IMG/VR virus record: IMGVR_UViG_3300008262_000014
Location: 1-64,000 of that record
Strand: one strand, 5' to 3'
Length of the DNA: 64,000 nucleotides
Source of the DNA: a virus
Positions within the stretch are counted from its first letter, which is position 1, and each line of letters starts with the position of its first letter. Positions 53,052 to 63,286 of the stretch are shown here, piece after piece. The translations under genes were made by a program, and so were the position numbers. Under the pieces are notes generated by a model. The model had not been told where the DNA came from. It saw only the letters and a list, made by a program, of their open reading frames with translations, and searched no databases.

Positions 53052-55385
53052 TTAAGAAATTTTTGTTGTTACATATTCAATCGAGGATATGTTTTCCTCT
53101 TTTTTGATCATAACAATATTGTCTGACCAATTTCTAATCAGGGGATTATGTGATATAACAAAAATATGTTGAAAATAATTTTTTATTTTTTTGAAAAATT
53201 CCCCTACCATTTCTAAATTATCATCCGCAATTTTACCAAAAACTTCATCCATTACGACTATATTTGGTTTTGGTAAAGAAGATACTTTAGTTAACACACT
53301 TCTTATCGCTAAAGAAGATACTGTTTTTTCATAACCAGATCCACTTGATAATGGTTTAACTACCCTTGTTTCATTGTCGATCATTAAAAATTCTAATTCA
53401 TTTTTATCATTAATGTTTAATTCCAATGTGAAATGACAGCTATCCGATAATAACCTATGTAATTCTTGGTTTAATAATGGAATCATATTTTTAATAATAA
53501 CTTTTGATATACCATTTTTCCCATATATTGCCAAATATATTTTAAAAACAGAAATTAATTCTTCTTCTGATTTTATTTTTAATATTAAATCATTATTTAT
53601 TACTATTTTTTCTTCTAAATTTTTAATGTTATTTGTTTCTCTCTCAATATTAGTGGTGATTTGCCTTATATCACCATTGGTAGTTTCTATTTGTGTTTTG
53701 AAAAAAATAACCTCAGAATCTATTTTTTTATTTTCCTCCAGTTTATTTTTATTACTCTCGTATATTGATAATTTATTTTCTTTAGAGTCTATTTCTAATT
53801 GTTTTTGTCCGACATCTAATTCGTGCTTTGCTTTACGTAATTTATTCCTTTCATATTCGTCGTATTCTTTTTTTAAATCACTAAAAACAATTTCTTCTTT
53901 TTGTAATTCACTTAATTTTATTTGATATTGATCTTCTTTTTCTTTTAATTCTTCAATTAACTTTTTCAAGTTATTAATTTCATCTGTATGATCAACTTCT
54001 TCTAATTGTCTTTTACATGTTGGACAAATACTACCTTCTTCAAACTGTTTTATTAAATTTTCATTTCTTTTTATATTGTCAATATTTAATTTTTTTTCTA
54101 CTTTTAAATCATTTATTTCTGAAACCAATTTTTCATGATCTTCTTCTAAATAATATTTATAGGGTTCTGTCACATTTATACTTTCCGTTAATTTTTCGAA
54201 CTCTTCTTTTTTCTTTTTTAATTCATTTATTTCTTTATTTAAGACATCTGGGTTAATCTTAATTAAATCTTGATCTATATCGTTATTTCTTTTCTTTAAA
54301 AGATTTTCTCTATCATCTTCTAATTTTTTTAATTTTTTCTCTATTTTTTTTAATTCATTTTTTAAACGAATAATTTCAGATTTTGATTTTTCAATATCAT
54401 CATTATGTGATATATTTTTATTTTCAAGATCAATAATATTATTCGTGTTTGAAATTAATTTTTTGGACCAATCATTGTAAATTGTTTTACATATTTCTTC
54501 TTTTTGTTTTAAATTTTCAAGTCCTAAAAATTTTGTAAGTATTTGACCTCTAGCAGTTGGTTTAGATTCGATTAATTCTTCTAAGTTATTTCCTGTAGTT
54601 AGAATTGTGGATAAAAAGTCCTCTTCTGTACCAATTGCGGATACGATAATTTGTTCTGTTTCTCTTCTTTGTTCACCAGACAAATTTTTTATTGTACCGT
54701 CTTCAGATATTTTAGAAAAATCTAAATCATTTTTTACAGTATATTCCCCCGATTTATTCTTTTTTCTTGATACAGTTCTGGTTATGACATATTCGTCACC
54801 ATCAATAACGACATGTCCTTTTACTTTAACATCATCAACATCACTAAATTTATTAAAAACTTCGATATTTGTTTTTGTTTTAGTTGTTGAATTGAAAAAC
54901 AAAAACATTAATAAATCAACTGTTGCAGTAGTTTTACCACCAAAATTTCTCGGGGTAGATTCAATGACAGTGATACCATTTAATTCTTTAAAATCAATAA
55001 CATTGTTTTCACCAAATGAAAGAAAATTAGAAAATTCAATTTTTTTAATAAACCATTTATTGTATCTTACTTTGTCTTGATTTAATTTATCAATTTGAGA
55101 ATTTACTTTATTGTCTAATCTATCAATTAATTCCCATTTAATATTAATATTATTTTCTTTAATAAAATCTTTTACTATTTTTTTTTGGTATTCAAAATCT
55201 AAAATATTATCAGATACTTCTAATGATTTTAATTTAGTTTTAGAATCACTTATTGCAATTTTAGTAACAATTTTTACATTTGTTGAGTTATATTTTTTTT
55301 CAAAATATGACTTAACTCTTTTAATTCTTTCTTGTGTTAAATTTTCGGGAGTATCTTCCCAATCGACCTTTATAAATGGATTCAT
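53052..55385 (-). CDS. SbcC/Rad50-like (gp46) recombination ATPase
   Basis: NFLSFG, NFGGKTT, long coiled coil with CPTC hook, SGYEK, MDEVFG, ISH. Confidence 0.93.
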   Translation of the reverse strand: MNPFIKVDWEDTPENLTQERIKRVKSYFEKKYNSTNVKIVTKIAISDSKTKLKSLEVSDNILDFEYQKKIVKDFIKENNINIKWELIDRLDNKVNSQIDKLNQDKVRYNKWFIKKIEFSNFLSFGENNVIDFKELNGITVIESTPRNFGGKTTATVDLLMFLFFNSTTKTKTNIEVFNKFSDVDDVKVKGHVVIDGDEYVITRTVSRKKNKSGEYTVKNDLDFSKISEDGTIKNLSGEQRRETEQIIVSAIGTEEDFLSTILTTGNNLEELIESKPTARGQILTKFLGLENLKQKEEICKTIYNDWSKKLISNTNNIIDLENKNISHNDDIEKSKSEIIRLKNELKKIEKKLKKLEDDRENLLKKRNNDIDQDLIKINPDVLNKEINELKKKKEEFEKLTESINVTEPYKYYLEEDHEKLVSEINDLKVEKKLNIDNIKRNENLIKQFEEGSICPTCKRQLEEVDHTDEINNLKKLIEELKEKEDQYQIKLSELQKEEIVFSDLKKEYDEYERNKLRKAKHELDVGQKQLEIDSKENKLSIYESNKNKLEENKKIDSEVIFFKTQIETTNGDIRQITTNIERETNNIKNLEEKIVINNDLILKIKSEEELISVFKIYLAIYGKNGISKVIIKNMIPLLNQELHRLLSDSCHFTLELNINDKNELEFLMIDNETRVVKPLSSGSGYEKTVSSLAIRSVLTKVSSLPKPNIVVMDEVFGKIADDNLEMVGEFFKKIKNYFQHIFVISHNPLIRNWSDNIVMIKKEENISSIEYVTTKIS

Positions 55386-56041
55386 TTTTTCTTATTTAAG
55401 AAATTTTCTCTTTTTTTTGTATAGTTTTGAACAAATTCTTCGTAAAATTTTGGATCTTCAAATGTAGTATTTTTAATCCAAATACCATCAACTAATGTGT
55501 AAAAATGTACATCTTTTAATTCCCAACACATCCAATCTTCTGGAGTTTTATTTCCATTATTGTCTACTTTAAAAATAGTATCAGGACTCCATCGACATAA
55601 ATCAGATATTTTTTTCTTATATACCTCATAATCAACAAAGAAAAATTCGGTAAAATCAAAATTAAATCTCAATAGTGAATTATATTCATAATCAGGGTGG
55701 TGGTATGTTTTTAAATTCCCAGTATCGGTTACCCAATCAAAATATTTATTAAAATATTTTTCTTTTCTTGCGGGGAAATTTGCGGTTGGATATGGTAAAG
55801 TATATTTATTAAAATTAGACGGATCTTGGTCTCTATATGATCCCTTCCATTTACCTTCTTCAACATCACACCCACCACGTCGATTTACATGTAGTAAATC
55901 TATTTTAAATTTTTTTGTATTAGATATTAAATCCCAATTAAAAATTTGTTTTAATGCACGTATTCCGTTTTCTCGACCAATATCATCAATAGTACTAACT
56001 TTTTCATTTGTATGGCGACAAGCACCAACTAAATTACCCAT
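55382..56041 (-). CDS. Hypothetical protein, possible PD-(D/E)XK-like endonuclease
   Basis: KIDLL...CDVEEGKW spacing resembles a restriction-like nuclease core. Confidence 0.45.
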   Translation of the reverse strand: MGNLVGACRHTNEKVSTIDDIGRENGIRALKQIFNWDLISNTKKFKIDLLHVNRRGGCDVEEGKWKGSYRDQDPSNFNKYTLPYPTANFPARKEKYFNKYFDWVTDTGNLKTYHHPDYEYNSLLRFNFDFTEFFFVDYEVYKKKISDLCRWSPDTIFKVDNNGNKTPEDWMCWELKDVHFYTLVDGIWIKNTTFEDPKFYEEFVQNYTKKRENFLNKKK

Positions 56042-56042
56042 T

Positions 56043-56360
56043 TTAATTATTATTTAATCTACTCTCCTCGAAAAATTCTACGATGGAGTTTATTGCCCAA
56101 ACTGAGCCAGCGGTAAACATACCGTCAAAAAATATACATGGTAATGTACTAATTTCAAAAAATTTATTTGTTAATCCACCCAAACATAGTGAAAGAAAAA
56201 ATCCAACCCACGTTGATGTACAAAGAGTGCAACTTATCAGATCACCAAAAAATTTTGATATTCTTTTAATAAAATTTCTTGTTCCTTCAAAAATCGATCC
56301 CCAAACTAATATGGAAGTCATACCATAAGCCATTAATGTCCAAAAAAATAAGTATGTCAT
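56043..56360 (-). CDS. DUF1360-like membrane protein
   Basis: LISCTLCTSTWVG between TM helices. Confidence 0.7.
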   Translation of the reverse strand: MTYLFFWTLMAYGMTSILVWGSIFEGTRNFIKRISKFFGDLISCTLCTSTWVGFFLSLCLGGLTNKFFEISTLPCIFFDGMFTAGSVWAINSIVEFFEESRLNNN

Positions 56361-56421
56361 AATTTTATTGTTTTTTTAATTATAAAATAAAAAAATGATA
56401 AAAAAAAATATTTTGCCGAAT

Positions 56422-56748
56422 TTATTCGTCATAAATATCTTTTTCTTTTTTTACTATTTGTTCAGTATTAGGTTTAATTATATTTTCAATTTTTTCTTCT
56501 TGTTCTTTTTCTATTGGTTTTAACCCACTCAAAACCCCGGCATCTTCCCATTTTTTTATTAATTCTTCCTTTGAAAGTATTTCTGGTGGTTCAATTTTTA
56601 TATTCGGTTTATCACCATATTTTAAATATGTAAAACCTTTATTAAAAACTTCTTTAGCAAATTTTTCGATATTAGTAATATTATTCAATTTACAATATTG
56701 AATAAATTCATCATCCAATATTAACGTGTTCTTCTGTTTCATTTTCAA
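56422..56748 (-). CDS. Hypothetical protein
   Basis: 108-aa ORF. Confidence 0.7.
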   Translation of the reverse strand: MKMKQKNTLILDDEFIQYCKLNNITNIEKFAKEVFNKGFTYLKYGDKPNIKIEPPEILSKEELIKKWEDAGVLSGLKPIEKEQEEKIENIIKPNTEQIVKKEKDIYDE

Positions 56749-57529
56749 TATCTTTAATATCTTTTATTTTGAAATGTAAAAATGGTTGTTCATTTGGTAA
56801 ATCAAAAAAATCATATTTATCTTTTTTTATATCGTAGACTCCATACCCGTGATGTTTAACTGTTTCACCAAAGTTTTGTTGTATTAAACTACCAATCATA
56901 ACCGCCTTACCACCGTTAGGTAATTTAAATTGTTGTCTTTTATGAATATCACCACATAACAATAAATCAAGATCAACAAAATTCAATCTATCATAGGCAT
57001 CTTCAAATTCAAATCCCAAATCTGTTGATAACCCCTGTATTGGTCCATGAAATAATCCTACCGTTAATTTATTGTCATCTTTTGTAAATTTTGGTTTTTG
57101 ATTATGTTGATATAATGAATATACAACCCAATCAATATTATCATCATAATATACTCCACTATCTTTATAGTATGTTATCCAATCATTATTAAGTAATTCA
57201 ACTACAGGAGAGATACTATCTAATCTTTGTACATTGTTTTCTAAAAAATCATGATTACCTGGTATGATAACTACTTTACCAAAACGAGTTAATTCTTTTA
57301 AAAACCAACTTGTTAACATTAATTGTTCGTTTGAAATGTTAATCTTTTGATGTGCAATATCACCTGTGATGACTACTCTTACATCTAAAGGACCAATGTT
57401 ATCATCATACCAATCCACGACTTTTTTTTGTAAATCTTCTAACAATATTTCAAATTGTTTTTTATATAAATCATGTAATTGAAATGTTCTAATATGTAAA
57501 TCAGAAATGTGTATAATCTTTTTTATCAT
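56711..57529 (-). CDS. SbcD/Mre11-like (gp47) nuclease
   Basis: HISDLH, TGDIAH, PGNHD, FHG, GDIHK, GSLIQQNFGE. Confidence 0.93.
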   Translation of the reverse strand: MIKKIIHISDLHIRTFQLHDLYKKQFEILLEDLQKKVVDWYDDNIGPLDVRVVITGDIAHQKINISNEQLMLTSWFLKELTRFGKVVIIPGNHDFLENNVQRLDSISPVVELLNNDWITYYKDSGVYYDDNIDWVVYSLYQHNQKPKFTKDDNKLTVGLFHGPIQGLSTDLGFEFEDAYDRLNFVDLDLLLCGDIHKRQQFKLPNGGKAVMIGSLIQQNFGETVKHHGYGVYDIKKDKYDFFDLPNEQPFLHFKIKDIKDIENETEEHVNIG

Positions 57530-58383
57530 CTTTTAATATATTTTGTTAAATCCAAATCAAATACTTTTTTATTTACATCTTGAGGTACTTTATACTCTAC
57601 AAATGTACCGTCATCTTTCAATAAAACAACAACACATCCAAGTAGTCTTAAGTTTTCATATTTACTACCTTTTAACATTTTAAGGAAAAGTCTAGCATAT
57701 AAAGGTAATTGTAAATAATAATGTCCCAATGCCGTATCGTGGTAATCTTGGAATGGTGAGTACAATTTACCTGTGTAATGTTGTACTTCAAAATTTTTAG
57801 GCTGATTGGTTTTCCAATCGGTGACCACCAACCCATAATCTGTTTTATCTTTATTTAACATTAACCAAAATTTATCTGGTTGTCCTGTGTAACCTAATTC
57901 ATTATCACCTAAAACCATCTCAGTATCTAAAAGTACCGCACCTCTTTCGTGCATTAAATCTAAAAAATTTTTACCAGCCGAAATCATATTATCTCCCTTT
58001 TGAATTTGACTATCGTCACACTCGAATATTGGTTGTCTAACTTCTTTATAATTTCCATATCTTTCGACAAGTTCACTCTCTAACATATAATGAACTCTAC
58101 TACCCATATTAGTTGAGTAATTACCAGTTTCTCTCCATTGTTCTTGTAATTGTTTAGCCGATTCAGGATCACCATTAGACATACGTAACGCGGTACCTTC
58201 GGCATCAAATGGTTTATAGAATTTTTTTATTAATTTAGATACTGAAGGAAAATTACTTCTAATTTTACCTTCGGTGTCCATCATATAATATATGTGTTTT
58301 TCTTCAACAAAAGTTAATTGTATTTCTTTTTGTCTGTTTGAAATAATTTGTTTTATTTCATCAGAAATTTTTTTTAATTCCAT
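57526..58383 (-). CDS. PD-(D/E)XK exonuclease (Cas4-like fold)
   Basis: PSVS...GSRVH...TE...GQPDK...DWKT...YYLQLPLY. Confidence 0.85.
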   Translation of the reverse strand: MELKKISDEIKQIISNRQKEIQLTFVEEKHIYYMMDTEGKIRSNFPSVSKLIKKFYKPFDAEGTALRMSNGDPESAKQLQEQWRETGNYSTNMGSRVHYMLESELVERYGNYKEVRQPIFECDDSQIQKGDNMISAGKNFLDLMHERGAVLLDTEMVLGDNELGYTGQPDKFWLMLNKDKTDYGLVVTDWKTNQPKNFEVQHYTGKLYSPFQDYHDTALGHYYLQLPLYARLFLKMLKGSKYENLRLLGCVVVLLKDDGTFVEYKVPQDVNKKVFDLDLTKYIKR

Positions 58384-58384
58384 T

Positions 58385-59326
58385 TTAATCTAATTGATAT
58401 GTTTTATAATCATCTAATTTACCTTCTAAATCTGCAATATCTTTATCCCCGTTAAGTTTTATTACCCAAATTTTACCAAATAATTTTCCACAATTTAATT
58501 TATGATACAACTTTTCGGTATCTAACCAAGCATCTGGATCTAAAACAATTATTATTTTTTTTGCCTTTTCGTATAATAAATTAAATAATCTTTGACTCAT
58601 AAATTTACCTAACATGGGAATTGAATTAGGTAGAAATAAACTATCAAAAACACCCTCAACAATATATACGGGTTCTTCCCAATTTATCAAGTGTTCGTTC
58701 CATATTATTGTTTCTTTTTGTGCACTTGGATTTTTATATTTTAATTTAGTATTAGATAGATATGATCTGGCAATAAAATAATTAACCATATCATTTTCAT
58801 CATAAGATGGTATTATTATTCTATTTGAATATGGACCATCTTTACAAAATCCTATATTATATTTTGAAATTATTTCATCAGTAACATTTCTCTTTTTTAA
58901 ATAATTTATCGCCTGTTTATAATCTGGAGTTAATTTAAATCCTTTAGATACGTTTTTTATCGTAATAAATTCTTTAGGTAATTTTACTCTTTTATGTACA
59001 ACGTTTTTAAAATTTTCAACCTCGTCTGGTTTTAATAAAAGGTATTTTTTTAATTGTTTGGGTGTACCAAATTTTTTTATTAATTTATATATTGATCCAT
59101 GCGTTTCATTTGTTTCACTACAAACCCAACATTTATAAACTGAATATTTGTAATTTACCTCAAAATTACCTTTACCATCCCCTTCATCTAAACCTTTTAT
59201 CTCATAAGAGCAAACAGGACAATCAAATGTCATTTGACATTTATAATCATTATGTGATCGATATTCACCAAGAATATCCTCAAGAATTTCTACTATTGGT
59301 TCATATTGAACATCGACACTAATCAT
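58385..59326 (-). CDS. DNA primase (Zn-ribbon + TOPRIM)
   Basis: CPVC...CWVC, RIIIP, YKNP, IVEGVFD, LDPDA, DKDIAD; likely start 59326. Confidence 0.9.
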   Translation of the reverse strand: MISVDVQYEPIVEILEDILGEYRSHNDYKCQMTFDCPVCSYEIKGLDEGDGKGNFEVNYKYSVYKCWVCSETNETHGSIYKLIKKFGTPKQLKKYLLLKPDEVENFKNVVHKRVKLPKEFITIKNVSKGFKLTPDYKQAINYLKKRNVTDEIISKYNIGFCKDGPYSNRIIIPSYDENDMVNYFIARSYLSNTKLKYKNPSAQKETIIWNEHLINWEEPVYIVEGVFDSLFLPNSIPMLGKFMSQRLFNLLYEKAKKIIIVLDPDAWLDTEKLYHKLNCGKLFGKIWVIKLNGDKDIADLEGKLDDYKTYQLD

Positions 59327-59353
59327 TTTATAATGATAAGAAAAAAAAATGAT

Positions 59354-59428
59354 AAAAAAAAATCCCCCAGATACACCACATCTGAGGGATAACACCAACC
59401 AACGTATATTTCTATACGTCCCGTCTTA
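59354..59428 (-). ncRNA. Candidate ~75-nt small RNA with GAAA-tetraloop hairpin and intrinsic terminator
   Basis: ACGUAUA-GAAA-UAUACGU hairpin (59402-59419), 11-bp terminator stem (59362-59390) plus U-tract, TATATTTT promoter-like element at 59434-59441. Confidence 0.6.
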
Positions 59429-59481
59429 ATATTAAAATATATAAAAAAACATAAATAGTAAAATATATTTTGCCGGATTTT

Positions 59482-60087
59482 TTATTTACCCTGTGATTTA
59501 ATCATATTGACATAACCAATTACTGCAGTTGCGGCATCGCTCATATCGTAATTTTCTTTTTTTAGTTTACCATTTTTGTCATAAATCCATTTAACATCAT
59601 GACATACGGCATTTACATGATCCCAAATAACTTGTTTTTTATCAATATCTTTAGGATATCCACCAAATAAAACTTTATTACCTTTAGTATTTTTACCAAC
59701 TAGATCAGGAAACGCAAATTTTCTTGCATTATATGTTGATATAAATGTTGGTACAATTTCTAAAGTATCGTAAACAATTTTACAAATCATTGTATTATAT
59801 CTTAATAAAGTTTGTACGGTATAGATGTTATTAGAATTTAATAATGGTTCTTCAATAATAACTCGAAGAATTCCCATATTTTTATATGCTTCCAAATGTT
59901 TTTTGAAGGCGTCAGATTTTTTTAACAATTCCTCTAATTTATCATCAGGTTGTGGTTTTATTTTGGGTGAAAAATGTGTTAATTCTAATAATTTAGAACC
60001 TGTTAAATCAAACAATGCCCATCCAATTGTTTTTGTTGAAATATCTAACCCTAATATTTTGGGTGTATTTTTTAATTTTACATTCAT
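59482..60087 (-). CDS. RuvC-like Holliday junction resolvase
   Basis: ILGLDISTKTIGWA, IIEEP, YDMSDA. Confidence 0.85.
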   Translation of the reverse strand: MNVKLKNTPKILGLDISTKTIGWALFDLTGSKLLELTHFSPKIKPQPDDKLEELLKKSDAFKKHLEAYKNMGILRVIIEEPLLNSNNIYTVQTLLRYNTMICKIVYDTLEIVPTFISTYNARKFAFPDLVGKNTKGNKVLFGGYPKDIDKKQVIWDHVNAVCHDVKWIYDKNGKLKKENYDMSDAATAVIGYVNMIKSQGK

Positions 60088-60126
60088 AGAACAATATATA
60101 CGTGATATTTTTAGAAATGTAAATAG

Positions 60127-62235
60127 TTAAAAATCAATTTTAACCGCAAAAACTTGTGTTCCTAATCTATCGACGGGTTTAGCTGTTTTGGCCACAACTA
60201 ATGGTTCTTTATTTTTATCTAATAAAGCAATTTCAGTTATTTTTTTAGTTTTACCGATAGAATATGTTGGGTTCTGTGTCTCAGTGAATTGTGTACTTGG
60301 TAAGTTAACTAAAAAATTCATCACTTCAATATCACTTGCTCTAACAAGTCTAATGCTTCCAGGAAATGGTTGTTCTTCACCAAATTTAGGATCATTAGAA
60401 GGTTCTCTAACTATATAATTAGGTTTTAAATAATTTTCAATGTTGAATTGTGTACCTCCAGTGTTGAATTTTGCGAAATTTAATATAAAAGATTTATCTT
60501 TTATATTATTCTTATCTAAGAAACTTATTCCATCACCACCAGCTTCAGATGTAAAATCAACTTCAACCCAATCATCTGGTACAGGGTACTGTCCTGTGTT
60601 TGTGATTTGTACTAAAATTTTAAATTCGGTTGCTAAATATCCATTAACAATATCGGTTAATGATGTTTTCATGTATCTAAATGAATTAGTACCAAATTTA
60701 ACAACTAAGCTTGTTGGAATTGTGGTGCCCTGTATTTTAGAATAGTAATTACATGGCATAGAATTCAAAGCCAAATCAGAATTTGTAAATGTATAACTAA
60801 CCCAAATTGTTTGATTTGTGGAACCAGTTAAAAGAGAATTTGCCGGTGTGTCGTCACTTGGAACTAAATATAATTTAGGTGCATCTAATGTGTGTCTTCT
60901 ATTACTTCTATAATCTAATAATGCAACTAATTCTTGATCATCAAATACTATTGTTTTCTTTGTATAAAATACTTTACCTACTTTATAATTTTGTTCATCT
61001 AACAAATATCTAAATGGTATTGATGAATTACCATTTAATATTGGTGACGGTGTGTTTATTTGATAATCAGTTGTATCCATTCTAAATAACGCACCAACAA
61101 CATTACTTGTATTTCTGTGATAACAAATAAATGGTATAAAAACTTCAAAATATTCCGTATCTGTGATTGGGATACCATCTTCATCATCAATTATTGAATC
61201 TGATAAATTAGTATTATTACTTATGTAATCATCATATTTAAAAAATCTTTCGGGATTAAAAATTATATCACCTAATTCTGAATAATGTATAACGGCAAGA
61301 ATTCTTTGTTCTTCTGGTTGGACAACAATTTCTTCGTCAAATGAATTATAGTATGTTGCCCTATTGTTAATTGTTTGTCCCGATGATGTTGTATATCCTA
61401 AAAATTGTTTTGTAGAAATATATTTATTACTTTCAAATCCCAATAAGTTACTATTTGTTATACCAGTATAACCTATTGGGTTTTCATTCCATATTACATT
61501 TAATGACCAAGGATCGTGTTGATCCATTGGATCTGGTGATTGTGGTAAACAAACAGGGGCGATACTTGTTGGGGATGAAAATTCAATTTCACATTTATTA
61601 CAAACAACTTGTGCGAATCCTGTTAATGTTGATAGATCGGGTGTTGGTCTATCCAAATAAATCGTGTTACCACTAATACTAAGTACTTTATATATTAAAC
61701 TATTTGATTGTCCTGTTACAATTGGGACATTAGGATCGGTACCCCCGAATTGATCAAAAACTAAAGTAATATATTCACAAGTTTGAAATGAATTTCCCGA
61801 TACTACTGTTAATGTATTTGTACCATTTACGGTAGATATGTCAATTCTTTCTGTTGTACAAATTACTTTTGTTCCAGTACAATCATCTTCATTATATTCA
61901 ATATATTGTGAAACAAATCCAGCTGGACCCATCGGATTTCTTAAGGTTTGTGTATATGAGTTTTGAACAGGTACCCCATATGTTGTTGTAGTTTGAGTAG
62001 AATCAATTTTATAGGGATATTTTACTACAGTATCTTTATCATTTGGTGAAAATACTTTTTGATACGGAGTATTATTTAATCCAGTTAATTGATTAAAAGG
62101 ACTATTATAATCAAACTCCGAATCACCAATTTGAAAATACGAAATAACAAAATTACCTTTTGCAATAGAATTTCTACCCTTTTTGGTAACTCTAGCTGTT
62201 AAAAAATCTGAATTAAACTCACTTAAAAAACTCAT
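60127..62235 (-). CDS. Putative virion structural (baseplate/tail) protein
   Basis: ARVTKKGR...FQIGDSE N-terminus, ITEIALLD...VVAKTAKPV C-terminus; TATTTATA upstream. Confidence 0.65.
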   Translation of the reverse strand: MSFLSEFNSDFLTARVTKKGRNSIAKGNFVISYFQIGDSEFDYNSPFNQLTGLNNTPYQKVFSPNDKDTVVKYPYKIDSTQTTTTYGVPVQNSYTQTLRNPMGPAGFVSQYIEYNEDDCTGTKVICTTERIDISTVNGTNTLTVVSGNSFQTCEYITLVFDQFGGTDPNVPIVTGQSNSLIYKVLSISGNTIYLDRPTPDLSTLTGFAQVVCNKCEIEFSSPTSIAPVCLPQSPDPMDQHDPWSLNVIWNENPIGYTGITNSNLLGFESNKYISTKQFLGYTTSSGQTINNRATYYNSFDEEIVVQPEEQRILAVIHYSELGDIIFNPERFFKYDDYISNNTNLSDSIIDDEDGIPITDTEYFEVFIPFICYHRNTSNVVGALFRMDTTDYQINTPSPILNGNSSIPFRYLLDEQNYKVGKVFYTKKTIVFDDQELVALLDYRSNRRHTLDAPKLYLVPSDDTPANSLLTGSTNQTIWVSYTFTNSDLALNSMPCNYYSKIQGTTIPTSLVVKFGTNSFRYMKTSLTDIVNGYLATEFKILVQITNTGQYPVPDDWVEVDFTSEAGGDGISFLDKNNIKDKSFILNFAKFNTGGTQFNIENYLKPNYIVREPSNDPKFGEEQPFPGSIRLVRASDIEVMNFLVNLPSTQFTETQNPTYSIGKTKKITEIALLDKNKEPLVVAKTAKPVDRLGTQVFAVKIDF

Positions 62236-62266
62236 ATACTTTATAAATATTTAATAAATAAAATTT

Positions 62267-63235
62267 TTAATCTGGTATTATATTAAAATTAAGATCACAA
62301 GGTATTACTATTTCAATGTCACATGGAGGTGGACATTTTTCAAAATTAGTAAAGAATATATTCCCTTCAGTAACAGTTACCGCGGACCACATTTTTGTGG
62401 GTGGGTCACTAATTGGGTAATTGTTATCATAATCTAAATATGAATATAATGTTCCACTACCTAAACTATCCCTAATCTCCCATCTATTACTTGTACTTGA
62501 CCAATAAGCAACATAATCATCACAACATATTTTATAATATGGTCTATCATTATAAACTCCGACAGGACTGTAAAGAGTATGTGTAAAACCCGTATCCCCA
62601 CTACTACATTTATGATTAAAACAAACAGGACAACCAATAAAAACTACCTTAACTTGAAATCCTCCTTGTTTTTTAGGATCAATATTTGTGTTATTTTGTA
62701 TACTTCCATCACCATGTTCTAGAAAAATATATACCGGTCTATGTGTTGGGGTAAAATTTTCAAATTCGTATACTATACCTGTTGTCGGATTTGTTGTTGC
62801 TGTTGTTACAAAAGTAGATGCCGATATTTCATATGTTAAACCTGTATATACTCTATATGAGTTTGGTGTATTATTAATTACAGAGGAATGATTACCGTAA
62901 TTAGTATTACCTGAATATGAATCATAAATTGTTACTGTTTTACCAGTACAAGTACCGCCAGTACTAACATTAAGGAAAAAATCTACAGTATCGTAACATT
63001 CAAAAATTTTACTTTCGTGAGTGTAGACGATAGTTACGGCGGATTTATTATCTACAATATCTGTTATTCTTATATAGTACGTTGTGTTAAATTCTAAATT
63101 TGTAATTACAACTGATGTGGTCGCACTGGAATATGTTCCACCAAAATATAAATAATTAGTATTATCGTTTTTACTATATTCAACTGTGAAGTTGTTCGGT
63201 ACATTTAAATTATTTAGTCTAACATTCAAACCCAT
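62267..63235 (-). CDS. Putative virion protein (FN3-like N-terminus)
   Basis: VVITNLEFNTTYYIRI FN3-type strand; Thr/Cys-rich; TATTTATA upstream. Confidence 0.6.
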   Translation of the reverse strand: MGLNVRLNNLNVPNNFTVEYSKNDNTNYLYFGGTYSSATTSVVITNLEFNTTYYIRITDIVDNKSAVTIVYTHESKIFECYDTVDFFLNVSTGGTCTGKTVTIYDSYSGNTNYGNHSSVINNTPNSYRVYTGLTYEISASTFVTTATTNPTTGIVYEFENFTPTHRPVYIFLEHGDGSIQNNTNIDPKKQGGFQVKVVFIGCPVCFNHKCSSGDTGFTHTLYSPVGVYNDRPYYKICCDDYVAYWSSTSNRWEIRDSLGSGTLYSYLDYDNNYPISDPPTKMWSAVTVTEGNIFFTNFEKCPPPCDIEIVIPCDLNFNIIPD

Positions 63236-63286
63236 GATACTATAAATATAAAATATTAATTTTTTTAAATAAAGATTATAATATTA

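Noticed and set aside
57526-58383. Cas4 / CRISPR system
   Set aside because: No repeat-spacer array or other cas genes seen; a stand-alone PD-(D/E)XK exonuclease in a replication block is common in phages
59354-59428. tRNA gene
   Set aside because: No cloverleaf, TTC T-loop or CCA; only two hairpins. No tRNA was recognised anywhere in the window
56409-59477. Shared TATTTTGCCG sequence after two stop codons (about 56409 and 59466)
   Set aside because: Only two copies of a short motif in an AT-rich genome; not enough to call a regulatory site
642-62891. Numerous antisense ORFs in the track (e.g. 642..917, 3267..3641, 35390..35800, 40049..40483, 54607..55080)
   Set aside because: They are shadows of well-supported genes on the opposite strand, with no motifs or initiation context
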